Positions 8,526 through 17,621 of a stretch of DNA of 64,000 bases are shown here, piece by piece; the first letter of the stretch is position 1, and every line of letters begins with the position of its first letter. The DNA is from Candidatus Palauibacter rhopaloidicola (GTDB lineage: Bacteria; Gemmatimonadota; Gemmatimonadetes; Palauibacterales; Palauibacteraceae): NCBI GenBank assembly GCA_026914155.1, contig JAPPGH010000039.1, positions 63,351 through 127,350 on the forward strand, read 5' to 3'. The position numbers were made by a program, and so were the translations under genes. Below the pieces are notes generated by a model. It was not told the origin of the DNA. It saw only the letters and a list, made by a program, of their open reading frames with translations, and did no database searches.

Positions 8526-10559
8526 ATGAGAAGCAAAGGGTCGGCGAAGCGGTCTCTGACTTTCTCCACGGTCCGACTCGCGGGCCTCGCGGCGCTTGCG
8601 GCAGGGTGCGGCGACACGCGGCCGCACTCCGATCTGATGGCGGACGCGGCCGCGGACGTGGAGGCGATCCGGCTGGAACAGGCCATGGCCCGCTACGACT
8701 CTGCGCGCAACGCCTCTCCGGAGGACGCCGAGGCGCACCGGCAATACGCAATACTGGCCGGCCTCTTCGATCTGCAGGCGGAAGCCGCGCAGGCCTGGGA
8801 ACGCGTGCTCGAACTGGAGCCGGAGGACTCCGCCGCCTGGGAGGGATACGTGCACAACCTCCGGTGGGCCGGCGTCTACGGAACGGATCGGAGGTACGCC
8901 GAGAAGATCCTGGAAATCCTCCCCGAAGCCCTCCGCCATGCGCCGGACCGTCCCGTCATCTACGACGAGGGGCAGGAGGCGGCGGCGGATCTCGGACAGC
9001 TCGACGCGTACGGCGCGATCCTCGCCGAGCTGCGGGCCATGCGGCCGGACGACCCGATCCTCCTCCACGCCGTGGGAGCGCTCCGTGTCGCGCGGGCGGA
9101 TCAGGAGGAGGGGGACCGAGGTCAGGCCGTCAGGGATTCGATCGGAGTCGTGCTCGACGCGCTCGCCGCAGAGATCGAGGGCGATCCGGATGTCGCGGCG
9201 CCGGTGCTGTACCGGCTCGCGGCGGGGTATGACTTCGGCATCCTGCGGCGGGAAGACGACGCGGACCGCTGGCTCGAGCGTCTCGAAGCCGCGCCTGATC
9301 GCGGCGACCTGGCGGACGACCTCCGGTACTGGGATCTGGTCTTCGATTTCCAGGACGCCCTCTACAGTGATACCGATGAAGCAGATCCGGCCGAGCCGTC
9401 CCGTCTCGTCGCTGAGGGGCTGAAGTCACGGGATCTCGGGCGACGCGGCGCGTGGATGGACCGCAGCCACACAGTCGTGACGCGGCGCGCGCTCGCTTCG
9501 ATCACGGGTGAGGCGCCGAGCACCAGGACCGTGTGGGGGGCGGCGACGGTCGCGGCCGAACCGCCGCACGCGCCGCTCGAACCGGAAACGGCCGGACAGC
9601 TGTTCGATGCCTCGATGGACGCGGTCCGCTGGCGGCAGAGCGTGTTCTCGACGCTTCGTGGTCTGCTCTACTTCGGGATCGAGCCGCAGGCCGTGCTCGA
9701 GGAAGCGCTCGCGATCGAGGAAGACCTGCGAGCGCACAGCCCCGGATACCTGTACCCCGGTCTCCAGGGAGACGGGCGGGAGGCGTCGCGGCAGTCCGCG
9801 ATCACTGGCGCCCTCGTCCTCCAGGCTCGCGCGCTCACGCAACTCGGGGAGATCGAGGCGGCCGGCGAGTTGTTCGAGCGGGTGGCGAACGAATCACGGG
9901 ATGCCGCCACGCTGGGAGAGTACGGGCGTCACCTCCTGCGCACGGGCCGGCCGGCGGAGGCTCTCGACGTCTTCGTGGAGGCGATCGCGTTCGGCGGGTC
10001 CCGGTTCCGCCTGCTCGCGGATGAAGCGGCTGCGGCGGCTGACCTGTCTCCCGAGACCGTGGAGGAGCGACTCGCGATACGGCAACCCATCGTGGAGGAG
10101 GAGTTGGAACGCCGGGAGCTCGGAGCGCGCATCGAGCGAGAGGCGCCGGAGTTCGCGATCGCGGACCAGGACGGATTCGAGTGGCGGCTGAGCGACCTCG
10201 AGGGGAAGATCGTCGTGCTCAAGTTCTGGGCGACCTGGTGCGGCCCCTGCATCGAGGAGTTCCCGCACTTCGTCGAACTCCTGAAGACGTACGAGGACGA
10301 TGAAGATGTGGTGTTCCTCACCGTCGCCACGGCGGGGTCGCCGCGGGAAGAGGTCGCCGCCCAGATCGAGGAGGGCGGCTTCACGTTCCCGGTCCTGTTC
10401 GACGAGCAGGGCCTCGCGCTGGACTACGAGATCCTCGGCTACCCGACGACGTTCTACCTGGATCAGGCGGGGTTCATTCAGTTCAAGCGCGGGGGCTTCG
10501 TCGAATCCGGCTATGCGGAGGGCGTCGCGCGCCGCATCGACGCCCTCCGCGGCCAGTAA
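8526..10559 (+). CDS. Lipoprotein with TPR-like repeats and C-terminal TlpA/ResA thioredoxin domain
   Basis: Lipobox LAAGC; helical repeats; KFWATWCGPC, GYPTTFYLD. Confidence 0.8.
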   Translation: MRSKGSAKRSLTFSTVRLAGLAALAAGCGDTRPHSDLMADAAADVEAIRLEQAMARYDSARNASPEDAEAHRQYAILAGLFDLQAEAAQAWERVLELEPEDSAAWEGYVHNLRWAGVYGTDRRYAEKILEILPEALRHAPDRPVIYDEGQEAAADLGQLDAYGAILAELRAMRPDDPILLHAVGALRVARADQEEGDRGQAVRDSIGVVLDALAAEIEGDPDVAAPVLYRLAAGYDFGILRREDDADRWLERLEAAPDRGDLADDLRYWDLVFDFQDALYSDTDEADPAEPSRLVAEGLKSRDLGRRGAWMDRSHTVVTRRALASITGEAPSTRTVWGAATVAAEPPHAPLEPETAGQLFDASMDAVRWRQSVFSTLRGLLYFGIEPQAVLEEALAIEEDLRAHSPGYLYPGLQGDGREASRQSAITGALVLQARALTQLGEIEAAGELFERVANESRDAATLGEYGRHLLRTGRPAEALDVFVEAIAFGGSRFRLLADEAAAAADLSPETVEERLAIRQPIVEEELERRELGARIEREAPEFAIADQDGFEWRLSDLEGKIVVLKFWATWCGPCIEEFPHFVELLKTYEDDEDVVFLTVATAGSPREEVAAQIEEGGFTFPVLFDEQGLALDYEILGYPTTFYLDQAGFIQFKRGGFVESGYAEGVARRIDALRGQ

Positions 10560-10666
10560 GGGGCGCCCCTCCGGGAGCGTTGCGTGAACCGCAACCGGGA
10601 CCGCAGCTTGACGGCTTGAGCGGTGGAATACAAACCGTGATGGGACACAGGCCGAGAGGTGCGTCA

Positions 10667-10966
10667 ATGTACGTCGCTGCATTCATCACAGATAAGTCGG
10701 GAGTGTCGCAGGCGCGGGACGAAGCGCGTCCGGCGTTCATGGAGTATCTCCGCAGTCATCCGGCCCATCCGGATGTCGTCGTGCATCACGGCGGGCCGAC
10801 GCTCGGAGACGATGGCGAGAGCATCGTCGGGCGGCTGATCGTGATGGAGGCTCCCTCGGTCGAGGCTGCGCGCGCGTTCCTGGCCGACAGTCCCTTCGCC
10901 AGGGCGGACGTGTTCGCCGAATGCCACGTCCACGCATGGGACTGGACGACGGGGCGTCCCCGCTAG
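10667..10966 (+). CDS. YciI-family protein
   Basis: GGPTLGDDG..VGRLIVMEAPSVEAARAFLADSPF; about 99 aa. Confidence 0.7.
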   Translation: MYVAAFITDKSGVSQARDEARPAFMEYLRSHPAHPDVVVHHGGPTLGDDGESIVGRLIVMEAPSVEAARAFLADSPFARADVFAECHVHAWDWTTGRPR

Positions 10967-10993
10967 CGAGCCGGCCCCGCTAGCCAACCGTCG

Positions 10994-12277
10994 GTGGACA
11001 TCAAGGACCTGATCGTCGACGACCGGGACCGCGGGATCTTCAGGGTCCACCGGTCGTGCATGACGTCCGCCGATCTGTTCCGGCAGGAACGGGAACGGAT
11101 TCTCGATCACTGCTGGATCTACCTGGGGCACGAATCGGAGGTGGAGGGCCCCGGAGACTACCGCCGCCGCACGGTAGCCGGCCGCCCGCTGTTCTTTATT
11201 CGCGGCAAAGACGATCGAATACGGGTGTTCCTCAATTCCTGCCCGCACCGCGGCGCCATGATCTGCCGCCGCGACGCCGGGAACGCCGGGGTCCTGCAGT
11301 GCTTCTATCACGCCTGGTCGTTCAGCACGGACGGCGATCTGATCGGTGTCCCCGGGGAAGATGCCTACGGCCCCCACTTCGACCGGACGGAGTTCTGCCT
11401 GAAGTCACCGCCCAGAGTCGACAGCTACCGGGGCTTCTATTTCGTGAGCTTCAACCCGCAGGCCGAAGACCTGGTCACCTACCTGGCAGGGGCCAGAGAC
11501 TATCTTGACCTGGTCGTCGACCAGGCCGACGAGGGGATGCGAGTCGTTCCCGGCTCCAACAGGTACACGATCAAGGCCAACTGGAAGCTGCTGGCCGAGA
11601 ACAGCCTCGACGGATATCACCTGGTCCCCACCCATCGGACCTACGTGGACTACATCGCCGGTTTCGGGACGGACGACAGCGGAGACCCGGTGTCCGCCCG
11701 TCCTCCCGGCGTGGCGAAGGCCCTGGGCGGCGGCCACTGCGTGTCGGAGAACATTTCCCGGAACGGCCGTCCCATCGCCCGCTGGCACCCGGTATTCGGC
11801 GAGGAGGCCAGGGAGCGCATCGCGCGGGTGCGCCGGCGCCTGGTGGAGAAATACGGAGAAGAGCGCACCTACCGGATGGCCGACACGTCGCGAAACCTGC
11901 TCATCTATCCGAACCTGCTCATCATGGACTTCGTGGCCATCAGCATCCGGTATATCGAACCCGTGGCGCCGGACAGAATGGAGGTTACGGCCTGGCATCT
12001 CGTGCCCAGGGAGGAGTCGGGCCCCGCGCTGGCCACCCGGCTCGACAGTTTCCTGACGTTCCTCGGACCGGGCGGCTTCGCCACACCGGATGACGTGGAA
12101 GTCCTCGAATCGTGTCAGGCCGGCTACCGCGCCACCGAGGCCGAATGGTCCGACCTCTCGAGGGGCATGCTGGACCCCTCCCCGGGTACGTCGGACGAAC
12201 TCCAGATGCGCGGATTCTGGCGGCAATGGCACGCCCACATGCAGGGCCTGAGCAGGACCAATGTCCAGGACCGGTAG
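10994..12277 (+). CDS. Aromatic ring-hydroxylating dioxygenase alpha subunit
   Basis: Rieske CPHRG...CFYHAW; ANWKLLAENSLDGYH...H; TPDD Fe ligand. Confidence 0.92.
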   Translation: MDIKDLIVDDRDRGIFRVHRSCMTSADLFRQERERILDHCWIYLGHESEVEGPGDYRRRTVAGRPLFFIRGKDDRIRVFLNSCPHRGAMICRRDAGNAGVLQCFYHAWSFSTDGDLIGVPGEDAYGPHFDRTEFCLKSPPRVDSYRGFYFVSFNPQAEDLVTYLAGARDYLDLVVDQADEGMRVVPGSNRYTIKANWKLLAENSLDGYHLVPTHRTYVDYIAGFGTDDSGDPVSARPPGVAKALGGGHCVSENISRNGRPIARWHPVFGEEARERIARVRRRLVEKYGEERTYRMADTSRNLLIYPNLLIMDFVAISIRYIEPVAPDRMEVTAWHLVPREESGPALATRLDSFLTFLGPGGFATPDDVEVLESCQAGYRATEAEWSDLSRGMLDPSPGTSDELQMRGFWRQWHAHMQGLSRTNVQDR

Positions 12278-12749
12278 CCTGCGGAATCAGGTGGAGGCGT
12301 TCCTGTTCAGGGAAGCGGCGCTTCTGGACGAATGGAGACTGGACGAGTGGGTCGCTCTGTTTACCGACGATGCCCGGTACGTCGTTCCCTCCACGGATCT
12401 GCCGGAGGGGGATCCCGTACGCGATCTCGTGTTCATCGACGACGACATCGTCCGCCTGCGCGCCCGGGTGGCACGGCTGAACAGCCGACATTCGCACCGC
12501 GAGTCTCCGCGGTCGCGGACGCGCCGGTTCGTTTCGAACGTGCGGGTTGATGAGACCGGCGCCGAAGAGGTCCGGGTCCGCGCAAACGTCCTCGTCTACC
12601 GGTTTCGCAGTGGTGACGGAGCACCTTACGTCGGCACCATCGAATACATCCTCAGGAGGAACGGCGGGGATCTCAGAATCGCGTACCGCCGCGCGGTGCT
12701 CGATCTGGAGGACCTCGCCTGGCACGGTGCGGTGAGCATCATCTTCTGA
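12261..12749 (+). CDS. Ring-hydroxylating dioxygenase beta subunit
   Basis: FLFREAALLDEWRLDEW, SRTRRFVSNV; overlaps alpha subunit end. Confidence 0.9.
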   Translation: MSRTGSLRNQVEAFLFREAALLDEWRLDEWVALFTDDARYVVPSTDLPEGDPVRDLVFIDDDIVRLRARVARLNSRHSHRESPRSRTRRFVSNVRVDETGAEEVRVRANVLVYRFRSGDGAPYVGTIEYILRRNGGDLRIAYRRAVLDLEDLAWHGAVSIIF

Positions 12750-12776
12750 ACGGTCCACACCAAACGGAGACACCGG

Positions 12777-13835
12777 TTGGCCACGCTGGGAGCTGTCACG
12801 GCGACGCACGGCTTCGACGAGCGGCGGCTCGCGGACTACCTGTTCGCTTTCGGACTGCGCGAGTTCGGGGGCGGGCTGACGGCGCTGCAGTACCAGGGCG
12901 GGCAGTCGAACCCCACCTATCGGCTCGAAGCGGGCGGCCGGTACTTCGTCCTGAGGAAGAAGCCGCCGGGCGACCTTCTCCCCTCCGCGCACCTCATCGA
13001 GCGCGAATACCGCGTGATGAGGGCGCTCGCGGACACCGGCGTGCCCGTGCCGGCCATGATCCACCTGTGCGAGGACCCCGGCGTGATCGGGCAGGCGTTC
13101 TTCGTCATGGAGCACGTGGAGGGGCGGGTGCCGGCGGCCCCGGGCTTGCCCGAAGTCGAATCTCCGGCGGAACGGGCGGCGATCTACGACGCGATGAACG
13201 AGGCGCTGGCGCGGCTACATGCGGTCGACTGGGAGGCCGTCGGTCTGGGGGACTACGGAAAGCCGTCGGACTACGTGGCGCGGCAGATCTCCGTCTGGAC
13301 GCGACAGTACGAAGCGGCCCGGATCGACCCGATCCCGGCCATGGAGGCGCTCATCGAGTGGCTCCCGGCGCATATTCCCGCCAGCGACGCATCCGAAGGG
13401 GAGACGACGATCGCCCACGGTGACTACCGGCTCGACAACATGATCCTGCACCCCACCGAACCGCGCGTGCTCGCGATCGTGGACTGGGAGTTGTCGACGC
13501 TGGGCCATCCGCTGGCCGATCTCGCCTACAACTGCATGACGTACCACCTGCCCGAGGGGCCCCTGTGGAAGGGGTTGGGGGAGGTGGACTGCGAGGCGCT
13601 GGGGATTCCGTCGGAGGAGGACTACGTGACCGCGTACTGCCGGCGGACGGGGCGCGAGGGGGTGCCGGACTGGGAGTTCTTCATGGCCTTCGGCCTATTC
13701 CGCCTCGCCTCGATCTGCCAGGGCGTGTACGCGCGGGCGATCCAGGGCAACGCGAGTTCGCGGAACGCGCTGGAAGTCGGCGCCAAGGCGCCGATGCTGG
13801 CCGAAGCCGGCTGGAGCTTCGCCCGCCGCGCCTGA
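12777..13835 (+). CDS. APH-like phosphotransferase (ACAD10/11-type)
   Basis: GGQSNPTY, SAHLIEREYRV, HGDYRLDN, DWELSTLGHPLADL. Confidence 0.9.
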   Translation: MATLGAVTATHGFDERRLADYLFAFGLREFGGGLTALQYQGGQSNPTYRLEAGGRYFVLRKKPPGDLLPSAHLIEREYRVMRALADTGVPVPAMIHLCEDPGVIGQAFFVMEHVEGRVPAAPGLPEVESPAERAAIYDAMNEALARLHAVDWEAVGLGDYGKPSDYVARQISVWTRQYEAARIDPIPAMEALIEWLPAHIPASDASEGETTIAHGDYRLDNMILHPTEPRVLAIVDWELSTLGHPLADLAYNCMTYHLPEGPLWKGLGEVDCEALGIPSEEDYVTAYCRRTGREGVPDWEFFMAFGLFRLASICQGVYARAIQGNASSRNALEVGAKAPMLAEAGWSFARRA

Positions 13836-13888
13836 GGTCGCTCGGAGCGGTCGAGCCTGCCCAAGGTGCCGGAGGCCGCCGGCGACCC

Positions 13889-15136
13889 CTACGACCCGCG
13901 CGGCCCCCGCAGTTCGAGCTTCGCCAGCGCCTCGAGGTGGACCTCGTCGGGGCCGTCGGCGAGGCGCAGGGTGCGGGAGTGCGCGTAGGCCGCGGCGAGC
14001 CAGGTGTCGGGACTCACGCCGAGGGCGCCGTGGACCTGGATCGCCTGGTCGAGGACGCGGCAGGCCATGCGCGGCGCGACGACCTTGATCATCGCGATCT
14101 CGCGCCGGGCCGCCTTGTTGCCGACGGTGTCCATCATGTGGGCGGCGTGTAGCGTGAGGAGCCGGGCCTGGTCCACGGCGAGGCGGCACTCGGCGAGCGC
14201 GTGGCGAAGGGCGCCCTTCTCGGCGAGGGGGCCGGAGAAGGCGACGCGGGTTCTCGCGCGCTCGGCCATGTCTTCGATCGCGCGCTCGGCGACGCCGATG
14301 AGCCGCATGCAGTGGTGGATGCGGCCGGGGCCGAGGCGGCCCTGCGCGATCTCGAACCCGCGGCCCGGCCCGAGGAGCATGTTCCCGGCGGGTACGCGGA
14401 CATCGGTGAAGCGCACCTCGCCGTGGCCGACCGGGGCGCTGTCGTAGCCGAACACGCCAAGCGGCCGCACGACTTCGATGCCGGCGGCGTCGCGCGGCAC
14501 GAGCACCATCGACTGCTGCCGGTGGCGCGCCGCGTCCGGGTCGGTCTTTCCCATGAAGATGAACAGCCGGCACTCCGCCCGGGGGGCCTGCGTCGCCCAC
14601 CACTTGTGGCCGTTGATGACCCACTCGTCTCCGTCGCGGACGACCGAGGAGCGGATGTTCGTCGCGTCCGAAGAGGCGACGTCCGGCTCCGTCATGGCGA
14701 ACGACGAGCGGATCTCCCCCGCCAGCAGCGGCTCGAGCCACTCCTCCCGCTGCGCCGGCGTCCCGTAGCGGGCCAGCGTCTCCATGTTGCCCGTATCGGG
14801 CGCGTTGCAGTTGAAGACCTCGGGCGCCCATTCCACGCGTCCCATGACCTCGCAGATGAGCGCGTACTCGAGGTTCGACAGACCTGCCCCGTAGCGGGGC
14901 TCCGGATCCGCGTCTCCCGGCTCCGCGTCGGGTGGGAGGAAGAGGTTCCACAGTCCCTCATCCCGCGCACGCGCCTTCAGCGTCTCGAGGATCGGCGGCG
15001 TGGAGAACCGGTTCTCCGCCGCTTCGACCTCGCGGTGGAAGGTCTCCTCGTGGGGGTGAACGTGCGCCTCCATGAAGGCGCGCACGCGTGCCTGGAGTTC
15101 GAGGGACCGTGTGGAGAAGAGGGCTGGGGCGTTCAC
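13889..15136 (-). CDS. Acyl-CoA dehydrogenase
   Basis: [50 protein letters not shown]. Confidence 0.93.
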   Translation of the reverse strand: MNAPALFSTRSLELQARVRAFMEAHVHPHEETFHREVEAAENRFSTPPILETLKARARDEGLWNLFLPPDAEPGDADPEPRYGAGLSNLEYALICEVMGRVEWAPEVFNCNAPDTGNMETLARYGTPAQREEWLEPLLAGEIRSSFAMTEPDVASSDATNIRSSVVRDGDEWVINGHKWWATQAPRAECRLFIFMGKTDPDAARHRQQSMVLVPRDAAGIEVVRPLGVFGYDSAPVGHGEVRFTDVRVPAGNMLLGPGRGFEIAQGRLGPGRIHHCMRLIGVAERAIEDMAERARTRVAFSGPLAEKGALRHALAECRLAVDQARLLTLHAAHMMDTVGNKAARREIAMIKVVAPRMACRVLDQAIQVHGALGVSPDTWLAAAYAHSRTLRLADGPDEVHLEALAKLELRGPRGS

Positions 15137-15326
15137 GCGCGCTCCGTCGGAATGTCTGGTCAGGGTCGGGGTGTCGGGTCAGCGTCGGGGTCGCGGGGTC
15201 CGGGTCGCGGTCGGGGTGACATTGTCGGGGTGGGCCCCAAGATTAGCGGGCCTTCCGACGGAAACAACGGGCACCGCCAGCGGCACCGCTACCGGCCCGG
15301 CGGCTGGCACCTCCAGGGACTCGGGG

Positions 15327-17621
15327 ATGAGCGAACGGCACATGGGGCTCTACGGCGCGACGTCACTCGGCGTCGGCGCGATCGTGGGGGGCGGGGTCCT
15401 CGCGCTCGCAGGCGTCGCGTTCGCGACCGCGGGTCCGGCCGCCATCCTCGCCTTCGGCCTCAACGGGGGGATCGCGTTCCTCACTGCAATGAGCTTCGCG
15501 CGCCTCGCGCGCCGCTTCCCCGAATCCGGTGGCATCTACACATACGCGAAGAAGGTACTCTCGATCGAGGTCGCCTTCATCGTGGGGTGGGTGGTCTGGT
15601 TCGCCTCCATCGTCGCGGGCGTGCTCTACGCGCTGGGTTTCGCGGCGTTCCTCGTGGAAGGCCTGGAGCGTCTCGCGCCGGCGCTCGGCGTGTCGGCGGA
15701 CTGGCTCGGACACGGCGGGACGCGGATCGGGCTGTCGATCGCGGCGGTCGCGGGCTACTCGATCTTCCTCGTCCAGCGCGCCGCCGGCGGAGGCAACGCG
15801 GCCACCATCGGAAAGGTCGTCGTGTTCGCGGTGCTCATCGCCGGGGGCCTCGTGGCCTGGCTCGTCGGTTCCGCCGGTTCTCCCGCCGAGACGCTGGGGC
15901 GCCTGAGTCCGTTCGCCCCGGAAGGCGCGCTCGGCCTGCTGCAGGCCATGGGCTACACCTTCATCGCCCTGCAGGGCTTCGACCTCATCGCCGCCGTGGG
16001 AGGGGAGGTCCGCGATTCGGAGCGTACCGTGCCGCGGGCGATGTACTTGTCTCTCGGAATCGCGCTCGTCGTCTACATCCCCCTGCTCGTCGTCGTCGCG
16101 ACGGTCGGCGCGCCGCCCGAGGGGATCCAGGCCGCGGCGGAGGCGCACCCGGAGGAGCTCGTGGCTGTGGCGGCTGAGCGGTTCATGGGTCCGGCCGGGT
16201 ACTGGCTCGTGATCGGGGCCGGACTCCTGGGGATGCTGTCGGCGCTGCACGCGAACCTGTTCGGGGCCTCGCGCGTCGCGTTCTCGATGGCGCGGGACCG
16301 GACGCTGCCGCATCACGTGGGCGAGATGCGGGCACGCACGGGGACGCCCGCCATCGCCGTGGCCGCGACGGGCGCGATGATGATGCTCATCGCCGTCGCG
16401 GTGGGGAACGTCGCCGCGGCCGGCGCCGCAGCGAGCCTGATCTTCCTGGTCTCGTTCGCCATGGTGCACTGGGCCGCGATGCTGGCCCGCCTGCGCTCGG
16501 GCCACCCGCGGCCGGCCGCGCTCCCGGTGGTCGGTGCGGCCCTCTGCCTGGGGCTGGCGATCTTCCAGGCCATCGCCGTGCCGGAGGCGGGGCGCGTCGT
16601 CGCGGTGTGGCTCGGACTCGGGGCGGTGCTCTACCTCACGTTCCTCGCGCCGGGCGCCCGCCTGGCCGACGCGAGCGCCCAGGCCCGGGATCCCGACCTC
16701 GCCCGCCTCCGCGGCCGCAGCCCCCTGGTCCTCGTTCCGATCGGGAATCCCGCCAGCGCGGCGAGCCTCGTCGACGTGGCCACGACCGTGCGGGCCCCGA
16801 GCGTCGGGCGGATCCTGTTGCTGTCGGTGATCCCGCGCGAGGGGCGTCCCGCCGTCTCCCTCGATGCGGTCGTGCGGGATGCCAAGGACATCCTGGGCGA
16901 GTCCGTGGGGCGCGGTCTCGAAGGCTCGGTCCCGCCGGAAACGCTGTTCACGATCGCGTCGGACGTGTGGGGCGAGATCGCCCGCGTGGCCAACAACCGC
17001 ACGTGCGAAACGGTGCTCGTGGGCCTGCCGCGACTCTCGGAGCCCGGGGTGGAGTCACGGCTTGAAGGTCTCATCTCCAGGATCGCCGCGGACGTGGTCA
17101 TCGTGCGGGCGCCGCCCCGCTGGCGAATCGCGGAGACGCGGCGCGTACTCGTCCCCGTGAGCGGGCGACGCGACCACAGCGAACTGCGCGCTCGCCTGCT
17201 CGGCAGTCTGTCGCGTTCCTCCGAGCCGTGGGTCACGTTCCTGCGCACGCTCCAAGCCGGCACGCCCGTCGACCAGCGCCAGAGGCTCGAGCGCGGCATC
17301 CGCCGACTCGCCAGAGACGAGGCCGCGGGGCCGCATGAGGTGGCCTTCGAATACACCGACGAACCCGTCGAACCGTTGGCGAGACTGGGACAGAAAAGCG
17401 ATCTCGTGGTGATGGGGATGGAACGGCGGGGCCGCGGCGAACCGGCGATCGGCGACTTCGCCCTGGAGGTGGCCCGGAGGACGGACGTGCCGCTCATCCT
17501 CCTCGGTCGGCGACGCCACGCCGGAACGCTCGCCGCGCGCGGCCTCGCGCAGGCGGTGTCGACGATGCAGAGGCCGGGGCTGGGGCCGGGGCCGAGGCCG
17601 GGGCAGGGGTCGGGACCGTGA
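15327..17621 (+). CDS. APC-family amino acid permease with C-terminal USP-like domains
   Basis: GAIVGGG, GGIYTY, about 12 TM segments; then VLVPIGNP and RRVLVPVSG USP-like domains. Confidence 0.8.
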   Translation: MSERHMGLYGATSLGVGAIVGGGVLALAGVAFATAGPAAILAFGLNGGIAFLTAMSFARLARRFPESGGIYTYAKKVLSIEVAFIVGWVVWFASIVAGVLYALGFAAFLVEGLERLAPALGVSADWLGHGGTRIGLSIAAVAGYSIFLVQRAAGGGNAATIGKVVVFAVLIAGGLVAWLVGSAGSPAETLGRLSPFAPEGALGLLQAMGYTFIALQGFDLIAAVGGEVRDSERTVPRAMYLSLGIALVVYIPLLVVVATVGAPPEGIQAAAEAHPEELVAVAAERFMGPAGYWLVIGAGLLGMLSALHANLFGASRVAFSMARDRTLPHHVGEMRARTGTPAIAVAATGAMMMLIAVAVGNVAAAGAAASLIFLVSFAMVHWAAMLARLRSGHPRPAALPVVGAALCLGLAIFQAIAVPEAGRVVAVWLGLGAVLYLTFLAPGARLADASAQARDPDLARLRGRSPLVLVPIGNPASAASLVDVATTVRAPSVGRILLLSVIPREGRPAVSLDAVVRDAKDILGESVGRGLEGSVPPETLFTIASDVWGEIARVANNRTCETVLVGLPRLSEPGVESRLEGLISRIAADVVIVRAPPRWRIAETRRVLVPVSGRRDHSELRARLLGSLSRSSEPWVTFLRTLQAGTPVDQRQRLERGIRRLARDEAAGPHEVAFEYTDEPVEPLARLGQKSDLVVMGMERRGRGEPAIGDFALEVARRTDVPLILLGRRRHAGTLAARGLAQAVSTMQRPGLGPGPRPGQGSGP

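Noticed and set aside
6811-8751. N-terminal extensions making the 1679-aa (3712..8751) and 1248-aa (6813..10559) ORFs
   Set aside because: Off-frame or antisense read-through over the symporter gene in GC-rich DNA; plausible starts with signal peptides are at 6810 and 8526.
10958-10984. Small CTAG-containing hairpin and 10-bp direct repeat after yciI
   Set aside because: Too short to call an excision footprint, and no U-tract for a terminator.
15160-15225. GGGTC-rich low-complexity repeats
   Set aside because: Degenerate short repeats without spacers; not CRISPR.
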